Source: Trueperaceae bacterium (GTDB taxonomy: Bacteria; Deinococcota; Deinococci; Deinococcales; Trueperaceae). Taken from it: DNA of 64,000 nucleotides. Location of the stretch: the NCBI GenBank assembly GCA_965213705.1, contig OZ243913.1:1536001-1600000 (forward strand). The letters run 5' to 3'. The translations under genes were made by a program, and so were the position numbers. Below, one piece after another: positions 1 to 8,834 of the stretch (position 1 is its first letter; each line of letters starts with the position of its first letter). Below the pieces are notes generated by a model. That model saw only the letters and a list, made by a program, of their open reading frames with translations, did not search any database and was not told where the DNA came from.

Positions 1-59
1 GCAGACCAGCGCTCATAGGCGAGCGGCTCGAGCTTGTTCAAACGCTGTTTAAGACTCAT
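1..59 (-). CDS. Partial small hypothetical protein (MSLKQRLNKLEPLAYERWS...), runs off the left edge
   Basis: ATG at 59 overlaps the end of ORF 49-291; N-terminus resembles that ORF's MSLKTRLGQLE. Confidence 0.5.
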   Translation of the reverse strand, partial: MSLKQRLNKLEPLAYERWS

Positions 60-291
60 CCCGCAACCACCAATGCGCCTCCCAACCCTTACCGACACGC
101 CGCTCCAAAACGCCCGGCAAGTTGCTGAACAGCGAGTCCTGTATCTCTCTCACCGTCGCCGGGGTCATGCTCTGGCTTATCTCCTCTAAAAACGCTTGTA
201 ACTCGTGCTGCAAAGCGTGCGCCGTCAGACGGTTTACAAGCTGTGCTGCTACCTCGACCTCGAGCTGTCCTAAACGTGTCTTGAGGCTCAC
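49..291 (-). CDS. Hypothetical element protein
   Basis: 80 aa ORF with 4-nt overlap to the upstream gene. Confidence 0.6.
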   Translation of the reverse strand: MSLKTRLGQLEVEVAAQLVNRLTAHALQHELQAFLEEISQSMTPATVREIQDSLFSNLPGVLERRVGKGWEAHWWLRDES

Positions 292-593
292 GCCGCTACG
301 TCCCTAATCACGTTGCTGTGTGCCTGCTCGAGAGCTTCTACCCGCGCTTCCAACTCGCCTACTTCCAACGCTTTCAAGTAGGTGCTGGCTGACTGACTCA
401 GGGCGTGGGTGAGCTTGCACAGTTCGGTTGTATCCGTCTCGTCGGCCTCGACCACGCCTGCGAGGTGCGTCTCGAGTTTGGTAATGGCGCTCCACAGCAC
501 TTGGCTGAGTTGTTTGACGGTGCCGGGCTTGGGGCGGTTGATTCGTTTTTTGCCACGCCGGGCTTTACTCGCGTCGGGGTTCGGGTTTGCCAC
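288..593 (-). CDS. Small helical protein, possibly terminase small subunit-like
   Basis: Basic N-terminus (ARRGKKRINRPKPG) and C-terminal coiled-coil ELEARVEALE; function inferred from context only. Confidence 0.5.
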   Translation of the reverse strand: MANPNPDASKARRGKKRINRPKPGTVKQLSQVLWSAITKLETHLAGVVEADETDTTELCKLTHALSQSASTYLKALEVGELEARVEALEQAHSNVIRDVAA

Positions 594-900
594 TGTCCCC
601 CCCCTCTCTAAAAGCTAACAGGTCGTTTAGTCTCATGACGATGAGCGGTTCCTTTCTGTCTGCCTTCAGGATAAGCCCGTCTCGGTGCTCGAGCCAGTCG
701 TAAAGCGTTTTGAAGTCTTTACGGGCCTTGACCTCGAGACACAACTCTCGACCCTTCAGTGTGACGCACACGTCGCCGGGGTAGCCCGTGACGTTGCCTG
801 AGAGGGGGACGCGCTTGGCCGTTAGTCCCGCTTCGACAAGGCGTTTTACCACCTCACGCTCGGCGCGGTCGCCTTTGCGTTTGGGGCGTTTGCCGCTCAC
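565..900 (-). CDS. Hjc-type Holliday junction resolvase / PD-(D/E)xK nuclease
   Basis: KRKGDRAEREV...RVPLSG...PGD...LEVK motif pattern. Confidence 0.8.
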   Translation of the reverse strand: MSGKRPKRKGDRAEREVVKRLVEAGLTAKRVPLSGNVTGYPGDVCVTLKGRELCLEVKARKDFKTLYDWLEHRDGLILKADRKEPLIVMRLNDLLAFREGGDSGKPEPRRE

Positions 901-1313
901 GCTTTGGCTTTCGTTCTCAGGTAAGCGACTGCCGCCTCGAGCCGCTCGTAAATGTCCGCTGGGTCGTCTCGGAACAGTTCGGTAAGTCGCTTGTTAATTC
1001 GTTCGGGCAACTCGCCCATCTCAAACAACAGCAACAGGCCGCGCACCTCGTCCGACAGGTTTACAGGCGGCTCGAGTACCTTGTAGAGTTCCCAGCGACC
1101 GCGTGAGCGGACGAAGGTCACTGACTCGCCACGGTCGTAAGCGGCTGCAATGTCAGGGGGCATGGGCGGCTCGGCTTGCGTTGTCAGGTCGGCACGTACC
1201 GACTTTTCAATACGGTCAGGGTGTTGAGTTGCCGTCACTTGTAAACGGTTCACAGATAGCAAAGGTTTCTCTTGGGGCGGCTCGGTTTTTCTCAACAATT
1301 TGAGGTAACTCAT
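897..1313 (-). CDS. Hypothetical element protein
   Basis: 138 aa ORF translationally coupled to the nuclease gene. Confidence 0.65.
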   Translation of the reverse strand: MSYLKLLRKTEPPQEKPLLSVNRLQVTATQHPDRIEKSVRADLTTQAEPPMPPDIAAAYDRGESVTFVRSRGRWELYKVLEPPVNLSDEVRGLLLLFEMGELPERINKRLTELFRDDPADIYERLEAAVAYLRTKAKA

Positions 1314-1320
1314 AACACTT

Positions 1321-1391
1321 GCGAAACAAGCGAATAAAGCGAAAGAAGGGTAAGGGTGCCTATCTTCGTTCGCTTCTTTCGCTTAATTCGC
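1321..1391. repeat. Inverted iteron array: 3 x GCGAANNAA on + and 3 x on -; candidate replication origin
   Basis: gcgaaacaa/gcgaataaa/gcgaaagaa at 1321-1347; reverse complement of 1365-1391 reads gcgaattaa/gcgaaagaa/gcgaacgaa. Confidence 0.7.
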
Positions 1392-3671
1392 ACCTCCCAA
1401 CAGCCAGCGCTCGGAAGTCCTACCCTCGGTCGGCTCGAGCACCCTGTGGGCGAGACCGAGAGACTCGAGTAACTCGAGCGCGGTTTGAATAGCCTCGGCA
1501 TTTTTGTGGCGTCCGAACAAGTTGCTGAGGTCGGTACGGGTCAGCCCCTTTTCAGCCTTTTTGAGGGCGTCAAGAATCGTGTCGGCGGTCGGGTCGCCCA
1601 ACCCTGCCCCGAAGATGTACGCGGCGCTCCGTTCGGAGTATTCCCACAGTGCGAGGGCGGCGTGCAAGTGCTCGGGTTCGATGGTCGCGCTGTGGTCGAG
1701 TAGGGCGTAGGTGAGGGCAAGCCGGAGCACCTGCGCCTCGGAACGGGCCAACAGCGAACCTAAAAGGCCGGGTTTGGCTTCCGAGAGTGCAGGGTAAACC
1801 GCCACCCACTCGTGACGGGTTGCCTCACCCCAAGAGACGCGCTTAATCTGCTGGGCAAGCTGTAAAGCGGTAGCGGTGTGGTTTGCCAGGTCGCGTAAAG
1901 CCTCTTGGCTCAAGTTGCCGCCGAAGGGTAAGTGCTTGCTGCGTCTGACGGCGAGCCAGATAAAGCGGTTGCCAAAGCCGTTGGCGCTCTCGGTCGCGGT
2001 GAGGTAGTTCAGCAGTTCGGCGCGGGTGATGTGGCCGACGATGCTGATGTGCGCTCCGGTCGCCACAGCGGGGCTCGCTTTGGTGAGGGTACGCAGGTCG
2101 CCGCTGTCCCAAGCGCTACGCAGCACCGGACTCAGCGTGTTGCCGTCGCGTCCCAACACTCTCAGGACGCGAGCAAACTCACCCTCGACCACCATGAGCC
2201 GCTTGTCCGCTTCGCCGTGGTCGGTGATGACTTCTTGATAGCGTGTAACCTCGCCCTTTTTCTTCACGGGTTCTTTTTTCACGATGGGGTCGCGTACCGC
2301 CCAGATGAGCCCTTCACCGCTACTCATGCCGTCGACGATGCGGGCGGCCCACTCAGGGGCGGCATCTTTGAAAACTGCTTTGACGTAGCTCCAGGACGTG
2401 CCTTTTCGGGCTTTGGAGCTTTCACCCACAAGGTTGGCGAACAAGCGAGCGCTGTGCTTCCCGCCCTCGATGGCGACGTAAGGACCGACGCCCACGGCGT
2501 TGCCGAAAGAGGCCAGGTAATTTATCAAGAGGGCTACCGGGTCGGCCTCGCTGTGTGGCTCGAGGGTTCTCACGACTCTGCCGGCCAGCCCGTGATAAGC
2601 GGCCTCGTCTAGCGGTGAGGGAAAATTCAAGGTTTGGGTGGGTTGCGAATGATGCGAAGTATCGGCACGAGTATTTGAGGTTGCTTGGGCATCGTTAAAG
2701 GCAGCGCCGCGCTCTTTCAGGCCGACGCCTGACAAGTCCCTTGGCTCTTGCTCGCCACTGCTTAGCCCGCTGGCGATGGTTTTACGCGCCTCGGTTTGGT
2801 CCAGGCCACAGGTGAGGGCGGCGTCAAGTAGCACGCCCTCGACCATCGGCTTATTTAGAGCGCCCGCCCCGACAAGCTGACCGAGTGAAAAGGCGGCTTT
2901 GTTGAGGGTGTCGTTACGCCCGCCCTCCGAAGAGGCTGCTACCCGCTGCGCCTCACCGTGCAAAGCAGCCAGGGCGTACTTACTTTGATGGTCGCTGACC
3001 GTGAGCACGGGGCTAGGGGCGGGGGGTTTGGGAAGCTCGAGCTTCAGGCCGAACGCTTCTATAAACTCGGCCCGTGTGTGAAGCGTGCCGTTTGCCTCTT
3101 CCAACAGGCTCATGACCGGCTCGCCTTTGGTGTGGTAAAAGCCGGGCACCCTCAGCACCCGTGACAGGTTCTTACTCTCGGGACCGGCCCCGAAGCGGTC
3201 TATCAGTTGGACTTGAAACACTTTGAACTCGGCTAGAGGTAGGTCAGCGACTAACCAGTAAGCGTGTAGTTTGTGGGGAAGCGAAGAGCGCACGATGAGC
3301 GAGGGCTTCAGGGGTGCGCTCAGCAGTTCTCGCAAGTTGCCGCCGGGCGTCGCCTCGTCTTTGTCTATTTCTACAGACAGCGCCCTTATGCCGGTGATGT
3401 CCTGGTCTCGAGTTCCTTTGCCTCTCAAGGTGCGGGGCTCGACGTTGGGGTCGGCTCGGTTGATGACGGCGAACACGCCGTAACCTTCACGGTTGGACTG
3501 AACACAACTCGCAAAGTCCGCCTCTGTTTCGGGGTAGCCCCAAACGTGTCTCGTCTTGCCGGTGTGAGGGTGAATGTCTCTGAACTCGGTTGGTTCGTTT
3601 CCGAACAGTGTCCGGCAAAAGGTCAAGGCCATAGCGGTGTCGGGGACAAGCTCGAGGGTGGGGGCACTCAC
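1383..3671 (-). CDS. RepB-type primase fused to a DUF3987 (YfjI-like) P-loop domain and C-terminal wHTH
   Basis: VEID, HAYW and SRVLRVPGFYHTK primase motifs; EGGRNDTL helical domain; GESSKARKGT Walker-A-like; SSGEGL; NGFGNRF. Confidence 0.8.
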   Translation of the reverse strand: MSAPTLELVPDTAMALTFCRTLFGNEPTEFRDIHPHTGKTRHVWGYPETEADFASCVQSNREGYGVFAVINRADPNVEPRTLRGKGTRDQDITGIRALSVEIDKDEATPGGNLRELLSAPLKPSLIVRSSLPHKLHAYWLVADLPLAEFKVFQVQLIDRFGAGPESKNLSRVLRVPGFYHTKGEPVMSLLEEANGTLHTRAEFIEAFGLKLELPKPPAPSPVLTVSDHQSKYALAALHGEAQRVAASSEGGRNDTLNKAAFSLGQLVGAGALNKPMVEGVLLDAALTCGLDQTEARKTIASGLSSGEQEPRDLSGVGLKERGAAFNDAQATSNTRADTSHHSQPTQTLNFPSPLDEAAYHGLAGRVVRTLEPHSEADPVALLINYLASFGNAVGVGPYVAIEGGKHSARLFANLVGESSKARKGTSWSYVKAVFKDAAPEWAARIVDGMSSGEGLIWAVRDPIVKKEPVKKKGEVTRYQEVITDHGEADKRLMVVEGEFARVLRVLGRDGNTLSPVLRSAWDSGDLRTLTKASPAVATGAHISIVGHITRAELLNYLTATESANGFGNRFIWLAVRRSKHLPFGGNLSQEALRDLANHTATALQLAQQIKRVSWGEATRHEWVAVYPALSEAKPGLLGSLLARSEAQVLRLALTYALLDHSATIEPEHLHAALALWEYSERSAAYIFGAGLGDPTADTILDALKKAEKGLTRTDLSNLFGRHKNAEAIQTALELLESLGLAHRVLEPTEGRTSERWLLGGAN

Positions 3672-3868
3672 GCGCGGTCCCCCAGAGTGAGTGGGTACGG
3701 CTCGAGGGTCAGGGGTCGGCTTAGGACTCGCCAGCAGCGGGCGCAGTAGTAGCAGGTCTCGTCAACGGTCGGGCAGCAGTGGGGGCTCGAGGGGCAGTGT
3801 GGTAAAATGCCTCCAGCACTCTCGCAGGTATTGTTTGTTCGAGCCCGCTCTGCTAAGCGGGCTTTCAT
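3668..3868 (-). CDS. Small Cys-rich protein
   Basis: 66 aa, HC..HCC..CYYCARC; coupled to both neighbours. Confidence 0.5.
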   Translation of the reverse strand: MKARLAERARTNNTCESAGGILPHCPSSPHCCPTVDETCYYCARCWRVLSRPLTLEPYPLTLGDRA

Positions 3869-4059
3869 TATGCGGCCTCCGTTTCGTCGTACCCCTCGAG
3901 CCAGCGGTCCAGTGCTGCACGCCGGATGAGCACGCGCGCCCCGGCGCGGCGGTGGGGGATGGTGGGGAGCATTTTGCGTAGCGTCATTCGGGAGAGCCCT
4001 GCATAGCGCGCGGCTTGTGCGGTGTTCATAACTTCGGGTTCATTTTGCTTTGCTTTCAT
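3868..4059 (-). CDS. Excisionase-like HTH (HTH_17) DNA-binding protein
   Basis: MNTAQAARYAGLSRMTL...IPHRRAGARVLIRRAALDRWL; AGGAGG RBS upstream. Confidence 0.85.
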   Translation of the reverse strand: MKAKQNEPEVMNTAQAARYAGLSRMTLRKMLPTIPHRRAGARVLIRRAALDRWLEGYDETEAA

Positions 4060-4121
4060 GTTTAGCCTCCTACAACTAGAGTTAGAGCGCTCTGTATGTA
4101 GGATGCCTTATACTGCCTTTT

Positions 4122-5210
4122 ATGAACAGAGAGAAATCTATCGGAAAATCTATAAGTTTTTTCTGGGCACCAAAGCCTTATCCTTTTCAATGGGCAGAGT
4201 CACCCGATGAGGTACCACCCTGGGACGCTTCACGGGGCTTCCCTGCGGATGTCGGAGCAGATGTTAAAAGGCGACCGGAGCCAGCCAACCCCTATGAAGT
4301 TAGTTCGTTGCGACCCTTTTTGCGCGACCATGTCGACTATGTTGACCGTGTAGAAACTTGGGAGCCTACACCTGCACCAACAAAGGGATACCCGCGCTTA
4401 ATTAGAAAATCGGTAAAAATGATGCCTCTTCCTTTGTACTACCGTCATGAAGATGACATAGTAGGTGCATTGGCTCCGCTTGCAAAATATATACAGGCGT
4501 GGCGCGAAGACAAACCAGTAAAAGTCTTAAGAAATAAAATTTTAGAACTTGCTGAACGGTATGGGCCTCCAAATGAGGCCAAGGAAAACACGCTCGAGGT
4601 TTGGCTCGAGTTAATTACCTTTGTGGACGTACATTTGAGTGCATTGCGTGATTTCAAGCTGTATGGATATGAAGGGATGTTGACTGAACTTGCATATAGG
4701 TGTGACGAACTAGAAAAGTTGAAAATCGTTGATGAGGATGCCACGCGCCGCGCTTTTGAGCTTGCAGAGAAGAAATACGACCCGTCAAAACCTCCGTTTA
4801 ATACGCCTTTGCCTGTCATGATTCAAGATTTAGGCTCAATCCAACATTCAAAATGGTGGTACACAAGAAGGCTGCTTTGGGTTTATGAACGGCTTGCCAA
4901 AGGAAATCACAGTCCTCAATCATATAGAACAGAGGTGGCAGACGACTTATTCAATTCGTTCAGTTTATTGATGAAACAAAACGATTGGGACTACTTAATA
5001 GAGTTTGCGCCGTGGGGAACTATTCTTCATTGTCCCATAAAGCCTTGGGTTGCTTTCAAACTATCCGAGTTGTGGCGACACGAGGCACCTGTGGAAGCTT
5101 GTCCTGTTTGCGGTATGCTTTTCGCACGCACTCACGGCAATCAAAAGTATTGCAGAGGGGGGACGTGTGCCGGAAAAGCCTATGAGCTAAAACGTCCTAA
5201 GCGGAGTTGA
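4122..5210 (+). CDS. AT-rich hypothetical protein with C-terminal CGNR-like Zn finger
   Basis: CPVCGMLF...QKYCRGGTC; leaderless TATACT 7 nt before ATG; divergent from the excisionase. Confidence 0.7.
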   Translation: MNREKSIGKSISFFWAPKPYPFQWAESPDEVPPWDASRGFPADVGADVKRRPEPANPYEVSSLRPFLRDHVDYVDRVETWEPTPAPTKGYPRLIRKSVKMMPLPLYYRHEDDIVGALAPLAKYIQAWREDKPVKVLRNKILELAERYGPPNEAKENTLEVWLELITFVDVHLSALRDFKLYGYEGMLTELAYRCDELEKLKIVDEDATRRAFELAEKKYDPSKPPFNTPLPVMIQDLGSIQHSKWWYTRRLLWVYERLAKGNHSPQSYRTEVADDLFNSFSLLMKQNDWDYLIEFAPWGTILHCPIKPWVAFKLSELWRHEAPVEACPVCGMLFARTHGNQKYCRGGTCAGKAYELKRPKRS

Positions 5211-5228
5211 AAGATTGCCTCTAAGCTC

Positions 5229-5284
5229 AAGGTGCTTGCACCTTAACTGCACCTACAAGCTCTGTTATCCGCTGATTTACACCT
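5229..5284. repeat. Candidate integrase arm-type sites (TGCACCT repeats)
   Basis: AAGGTGC-TT-GCACCTT palindrome at 5229-5244; TGCACCT at 5237 and 5248; TACACCT at 5278; all just inside the att site. Confidence 0.45.
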
Positions 5285-5371
5285 TTAGTTCTATATAGCC
5301 AGAGTGGAGTTTATACTGTCCTGTACGTTATACCTGCATTTCCCTGTATAGCCTTGTTTTGCTTAAAAATG

Positions 5372-5419
5372 ACACTGACACTGTGGGGGTCGGCAGTTCA
5401 ATCCTGCCCGCGCCTACCA
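5372..5419 (+). tRNA. 3' half of tRNA-Val(GAC), an att-site duplication rather than an intact tRNA
   Basis: Anticodon loop CTGACAC (GAC at 5377-5379), T-arm GGCAG-TTCAATC-CTGCC, acceptor strand CGCGCCT-A-CCA; no D-arm or 5' acceptor strand upstream. Confidence 0.85.
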
Positions 5420-5637
5420 AAAAGCTGTGCGAACGGCAAACCAAAAACTCTGCCAAAAGCGAAGTTTTTTTCGTTGTCGTAACTTCTTTTACGGAAAATT
5501 TTTACGGGGAAATTGACCGCGGCGCGTACTACCTGCGAAAGGCGCTGCGGTCGTCAGCTCAAAGTCTGAGCCGTTCTTAAGCGTGCAATGCGGGTGCAGC
5601 ACTTATATTTGCGGCTCGAGCTTTGCTACTTTGCGTT

Positions 5638-6579
5638 ATGCCGACCCTTCTCCTCGCCGTCGACGAACAAAGGTTGCCCGAAGGAAGTGTAAGAAGCGTC
5701 AGAAAGCTCGCCCCCGACTACGACGTCCTCGTCAGCCGGGACGCTCAGGAAATTGAAGAGCGCGCGGCCGACATTGAAGTGGCGGCGGGTAGTTTTCCCA
5801 GGGCCTTGCTCGCAAACATGCCGCAGCTCAGGTGGTTCCAACAGTGGGGCGCCGGTGCTGACTGGTTGCGCGACCATCCCCAGCTGCGCGCCAAAGACTT
5901 CGTCCTCACCAACGCTTCGGGCGTTCACCCGGTTCAGATAGGCGAACACGTCTTCGCGCTGCTGCTCGCGTTTGCCCGGCAGTTGCCCAAAGCGCTCGAG
6001 GCGCAGCGGCAAAGAAAGTGGCTCGAGCTGGGCAACCATGACGTGTTCGAGCTTCAGGACAAAATGCTGCTTTTGGTCGGTGTTGGGGCTATCGGGGAGC
6101 GCACAGCGCGGCTGGCCCAGGCTTTCGGGATGCGGGTCGTCGGGCTGCGCCGCCACCCGGCGAGAAACGTGCCGGGCGTCGACCGAATGGTCGGCCTAGA
6201 CGGTTTGCACGCCGAGTTGCCCGGTGCCGACGCCGTCGTCCTCACCGTGCCCCTGACCCGTGAGACCCGGCACCTTCTCGGCGCACGCGAACTCGCCCTG
6301 ATGAAAGACAGCGCCTGCCTCGTCAACATCGGCCGGGGCGGCACGGTTGACGAGGCGGCGCTCGTGAAAGCCCTCGAGGCGGGTAAGTTTGCCGGGGTCG
6401 GTTTAGACGTGTTCGAGCACGAACCCTTGCCTGACGACTCGCCCCTGTGGACTTTTGAGCGCGTCGTCGTCACCGCGCACTACGACGCGCGCGCTTTCGG
6501 TATCTTCGTGGACAACCTGGGGCGCTACCTAAAAGGTGAGGAGCTGACCAACGTGGTGGACAAGGACCTCGGCTACTGA
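5638..6579 (+). CDS. D-2-hydroxyacid dehydrogenase family protein
   Basis: GVGAIG NAD motif, VNIGRG, LDVFEHEPLP, TAH; leaderless TACTTT 5 nt before ATG 5638. Confidence 0.9.
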   Translation: MPTLLLAVDEQRLPEGSVRSVRKLAPDYDVLVSRDAQEIEERAADIEVAAGSFPRALLANMPQLRWFQQWGAGADWLRDHPQLRAKDFVLTNASGVHPVQIGEHVFALLLAFARQLPKALEAQRQRKWLELGNHDVFELQDKMLLLVGVGAIGERTARLAQAFGMRVVGLRRHPARNVPGVDRMVGLDGLHAELPGADAVVLTVPLTRETRHLLGARELALMKDSACLVNIGRGGTVDEAALVKALEAGKFAGVGLDVFEHEPLPDDSPLWTFERVVVTAHYDARAFGIFVDNLGRYLKGEELTNVVDKDLGY

Positions 6580-6632
6580 CAACACACCGAGTTTGCCCCG
6601 CACTTTTGTCGGGTTGGGGTCCGCCGCAAACA

Positions 6633-6666
6633 GGGCAGCCGAACCCCCCAGGGGGTTCGGCTGTCT
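6633..6666. terminator. GC-rich hairpin
   Basis: GGCAGCCGAACCCC / GGGGTTCGGCTGTC inverted repeat downstream of the dehydrogenase. Confidence 0.55.
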
Positions 6667-6861
6667 GAGGTGAGCAGGGAAGGCGTAAGGGTCAGTTGCT
6701 CAGTAAAAACAGTCTAGCAGCCGAACTGTCACAAAATTCTGACACGCCCCTCGGGGCTGCGGGCAGCCCAAGCTTGAAAAAGGTTTAATAAAGACTGTCC
6801 TGAGCTTTGAGTTTCAAAAAGGAGTTTCCATGTTCGACCTCAGTCAGAAATCGACCCGCCG

Positions 6862-7845
6862 ATGAAGGTGCTGTTCGTCGGCGGCACCGGCGTCATCAGT
6901 TCGGCTTGTTCCCAGCTGGCTGTGAAACGCGGCACCGACCTCTACTTGCTCAACCGGGGTAACAGTTCACGACCCCCGCCGGAGGGCGCGCACATTCTCC
7001 ACGGCGACATTCGCGACGAAGCGTCCACGCGCGCGGCGTTGGGCGAGCACCACTTTGACGCGGTGGTGAACTGGGTCGCTTTTACACCCGAACACGTCGA
7101 GACCGATTTGCGCCTGTTCAGGGGTAAAACGCAGCAGTACGTTTTTATCAGTTCGGCCTCGGCCTACCAGACGCCGCCGCTGAGCTTGCCCGTTACGGAG
7201 TCCACGCCGCTCGCCAACCCGTTTTGGGCGTACTCGAGAAACAAAATCGCCTGCGAAGAACGTTTGGTGCAGGCCTACCGCGAAGAGGGGTTTCCCGCCA
7301 CCATCGTCCGGCCCTCGCACACCTACGACCGAACGTCGTTGCCGGTGGGAGGTTACACGGTCGTCGACCGTATGAGGCGAGGCAAAAAGGTCGTCGTTCA
7401 CGGTGACGGCACCTCCGTGTGGGTCCTGACCCACCACCGCGACTTCGCCAAAGGTTTCGTGGGCTTGCTGGGCAACCCGCACGCGGTCGGGGACGCTTTT
7501 CACATCACCTCGGACGAACTGCTGACCTGGAACCAAATTTTTGAGACGGTGGCGCGGGCGGCCGGTACGACCGCCGACATCGTCCACGTTCCGTCCGACC
7601 TCATCGCTGCTCACGACCCCGATTGGGGCGCGGGGCTGTTGGGCGACAAGGCGCACAGCATGGTCTTCGACAACACCAAAATTAAGCGGCTCGTGCCCGA
7701 CTACGTCGCCACTGTTCCGTTTGCGCGTGGAGCTGAGGAAATCATGGCCTGGTTCGACGCCGACCCGGCCCGGCAAAAAGTCGACGACGAGCGCGACCGC
7801 TTGATGGACGAAATCATTGCCGCTCAAGTGTCGGCGCTGCCTTGA
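6862..7845 (+). CDS. NAD-dependent epimerase/dehydratase (extended SDR)
   Basis: GGTGVIS, FISSASAY, YSRNK motif. Confidence 0.9.
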   Translation: MKVLFVGGTGVISSACSQLAVKRGTDLYLLNRGNSSRPPPEGAHILHGDIRDEASTRAALGEHHFDAVVNWVAFTPEHVETDLRLFRGKTQQYVFISSASAYQTPPLSLPVTESTPLANPFWAYSRNKIACEERLVQAYREEGFPATIVRPSHTYDRTSLPVGGYTVVDRMRRGKKVVVHGDGTSVWVLTHHRDFAKGFVGLLGNPHAVGDAFHITSDELLTWNQIFETVARAAGTTADIVHVPSDLIAAHDPDWGAGLLGDKAHSMVFDNTKIKRLVPDYVATVPFARGAEEIMAWFDADPARQKVDDERDRLMDEIIAAQVSALP

Positions 7846-8137
7846 TGAAAAGTTATCTTGATGCGAGGCTACCCCGATAAAAAAGTTGAGCCGTTCGGCG
7901 TATCTCGAGGTCGAACTCGGGTCTGCACAACCTCTCACTGGGTATCCGGCGGTAAGTAGGACTTTTCAACCTTGAAACGAAAGCCGTGAGACGGTCCGTT
8001 TCAAACCTCGCCCTGCGGACCGCCGCTGACGGCCAAAGGTGCGTTTGGGAACGACTCGGTTTGTAGCTTCGGAAACTTTCTGCGTGATTGCTGCCTAAAT
8101 CCCCGGTTCAAAAACCTACTGCTCAGAAACCCACCAC

Positions 8138-8410
8138 TTAGAAGCCCACCGCGGCCTCGAGCGAGTCGGGGAGCAGCCAGGCCGCTTTCTGCAGGGCGGC
8201 GCTCTGCGCTTCGGAAAGCGTTTCTCTCGCGCCGCGAAACTCGACGCCGTCCTCTTTGTGCCGACCTTCGAACAGCCACACGAAAGGGTGCTCGTCCGAA
8301 CCGAGTTCGTCGTCTTCGCCCGGAATGGGTGTGGCGGGGTCGAGCCAGGCGCTCAAAACGAACTCGCCGTAGTCCAAAAGGTGCTGCCCTCCGTCGTATC
8401 GCCAGGTCAT
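8138..8410 (-). CDS. Small acidic hypothetical protein, candidate LexA-regulated
   Basis: 90 aa ORF with leaderless promoter TTGCTT-17-TATTAT-7-ATG. Confidence 0.7.
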   Translation of the reverse strand: MTWRYDGGQHLLDYGEFVLSAWLDPATPIPGEDDELGSDEHPFVWLFEGRHKEDGVEFRGARETLSEAQSAALQKAAWLLPDSLEAAVGF

Positions 8411-8428
8411 ACCTTAGATAATAAGGTA
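8410..8428. promoter_or_regulatory. Palindromic operator copy 1: TACCTTA-GATAA-TAAGGTA
   Basis: Perfect 7-5-7 palindrome covering the -10 and start codon of 8138-8410. Confidence 0.8.
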
Positions 8429-8834
8429 AGCCGTCTCAAAAAGCAAGCCCCGTGTGAATTTTTTGGGGTTGTGGCTTGTGTGGCAGCGGTACCGCGATTT
8501 TAGAAATGACTTTCAAGAGCTTCAACTGTAGGGATTGGGACCGGCTCGAGCCCGGCGGGGGACGCCCGCTTGACGGTGCGACGGTAGCGCGGCCGTGACC
8601 CTGGACTTAAGCCTAGTCGTGAGCCAGCGGGTGTTTCAGCAGGCCAAAAACCTGCTCGCCGAAGTCGCAGGGTCGTCCGGCCCGCCCGCTTCGTAATCCT
8701 GCGGCGCTTGCCGGGTTTGGGCATTGCTGCTTACTGCGCTCGAGTTTCGGTCCTGTTTCGACCGCTGTTTTGACCGCTGTTCCGACCACTGTGTCAACCA
8801 CGTCTCGACTGGGGTATGCGGTTAAACTGAAGAC

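Larger units (their letters stand above)
1..5419. mobile_element. Right part of an integrated satellite-like / integrative element inserted at tRNA-Val(GAC); integrase presumably left of the window
   Basis: Compact overlapping minus-strand genes (excisionase-like HTH, primase-DUF3987 replicase, Hjc-like nuclease, small helical proteins) bounded on the right by a tRNA 3' half ending in CCA at 5419. Confidence 0.8.

Noticed and set aside
5340..5419. Complete tRNA-Val gene
   Set aside because: No 5' acceptor strand (AGGCGCG) or D-arm, and the anticodon stem pairs only partly; treated as an att remnant
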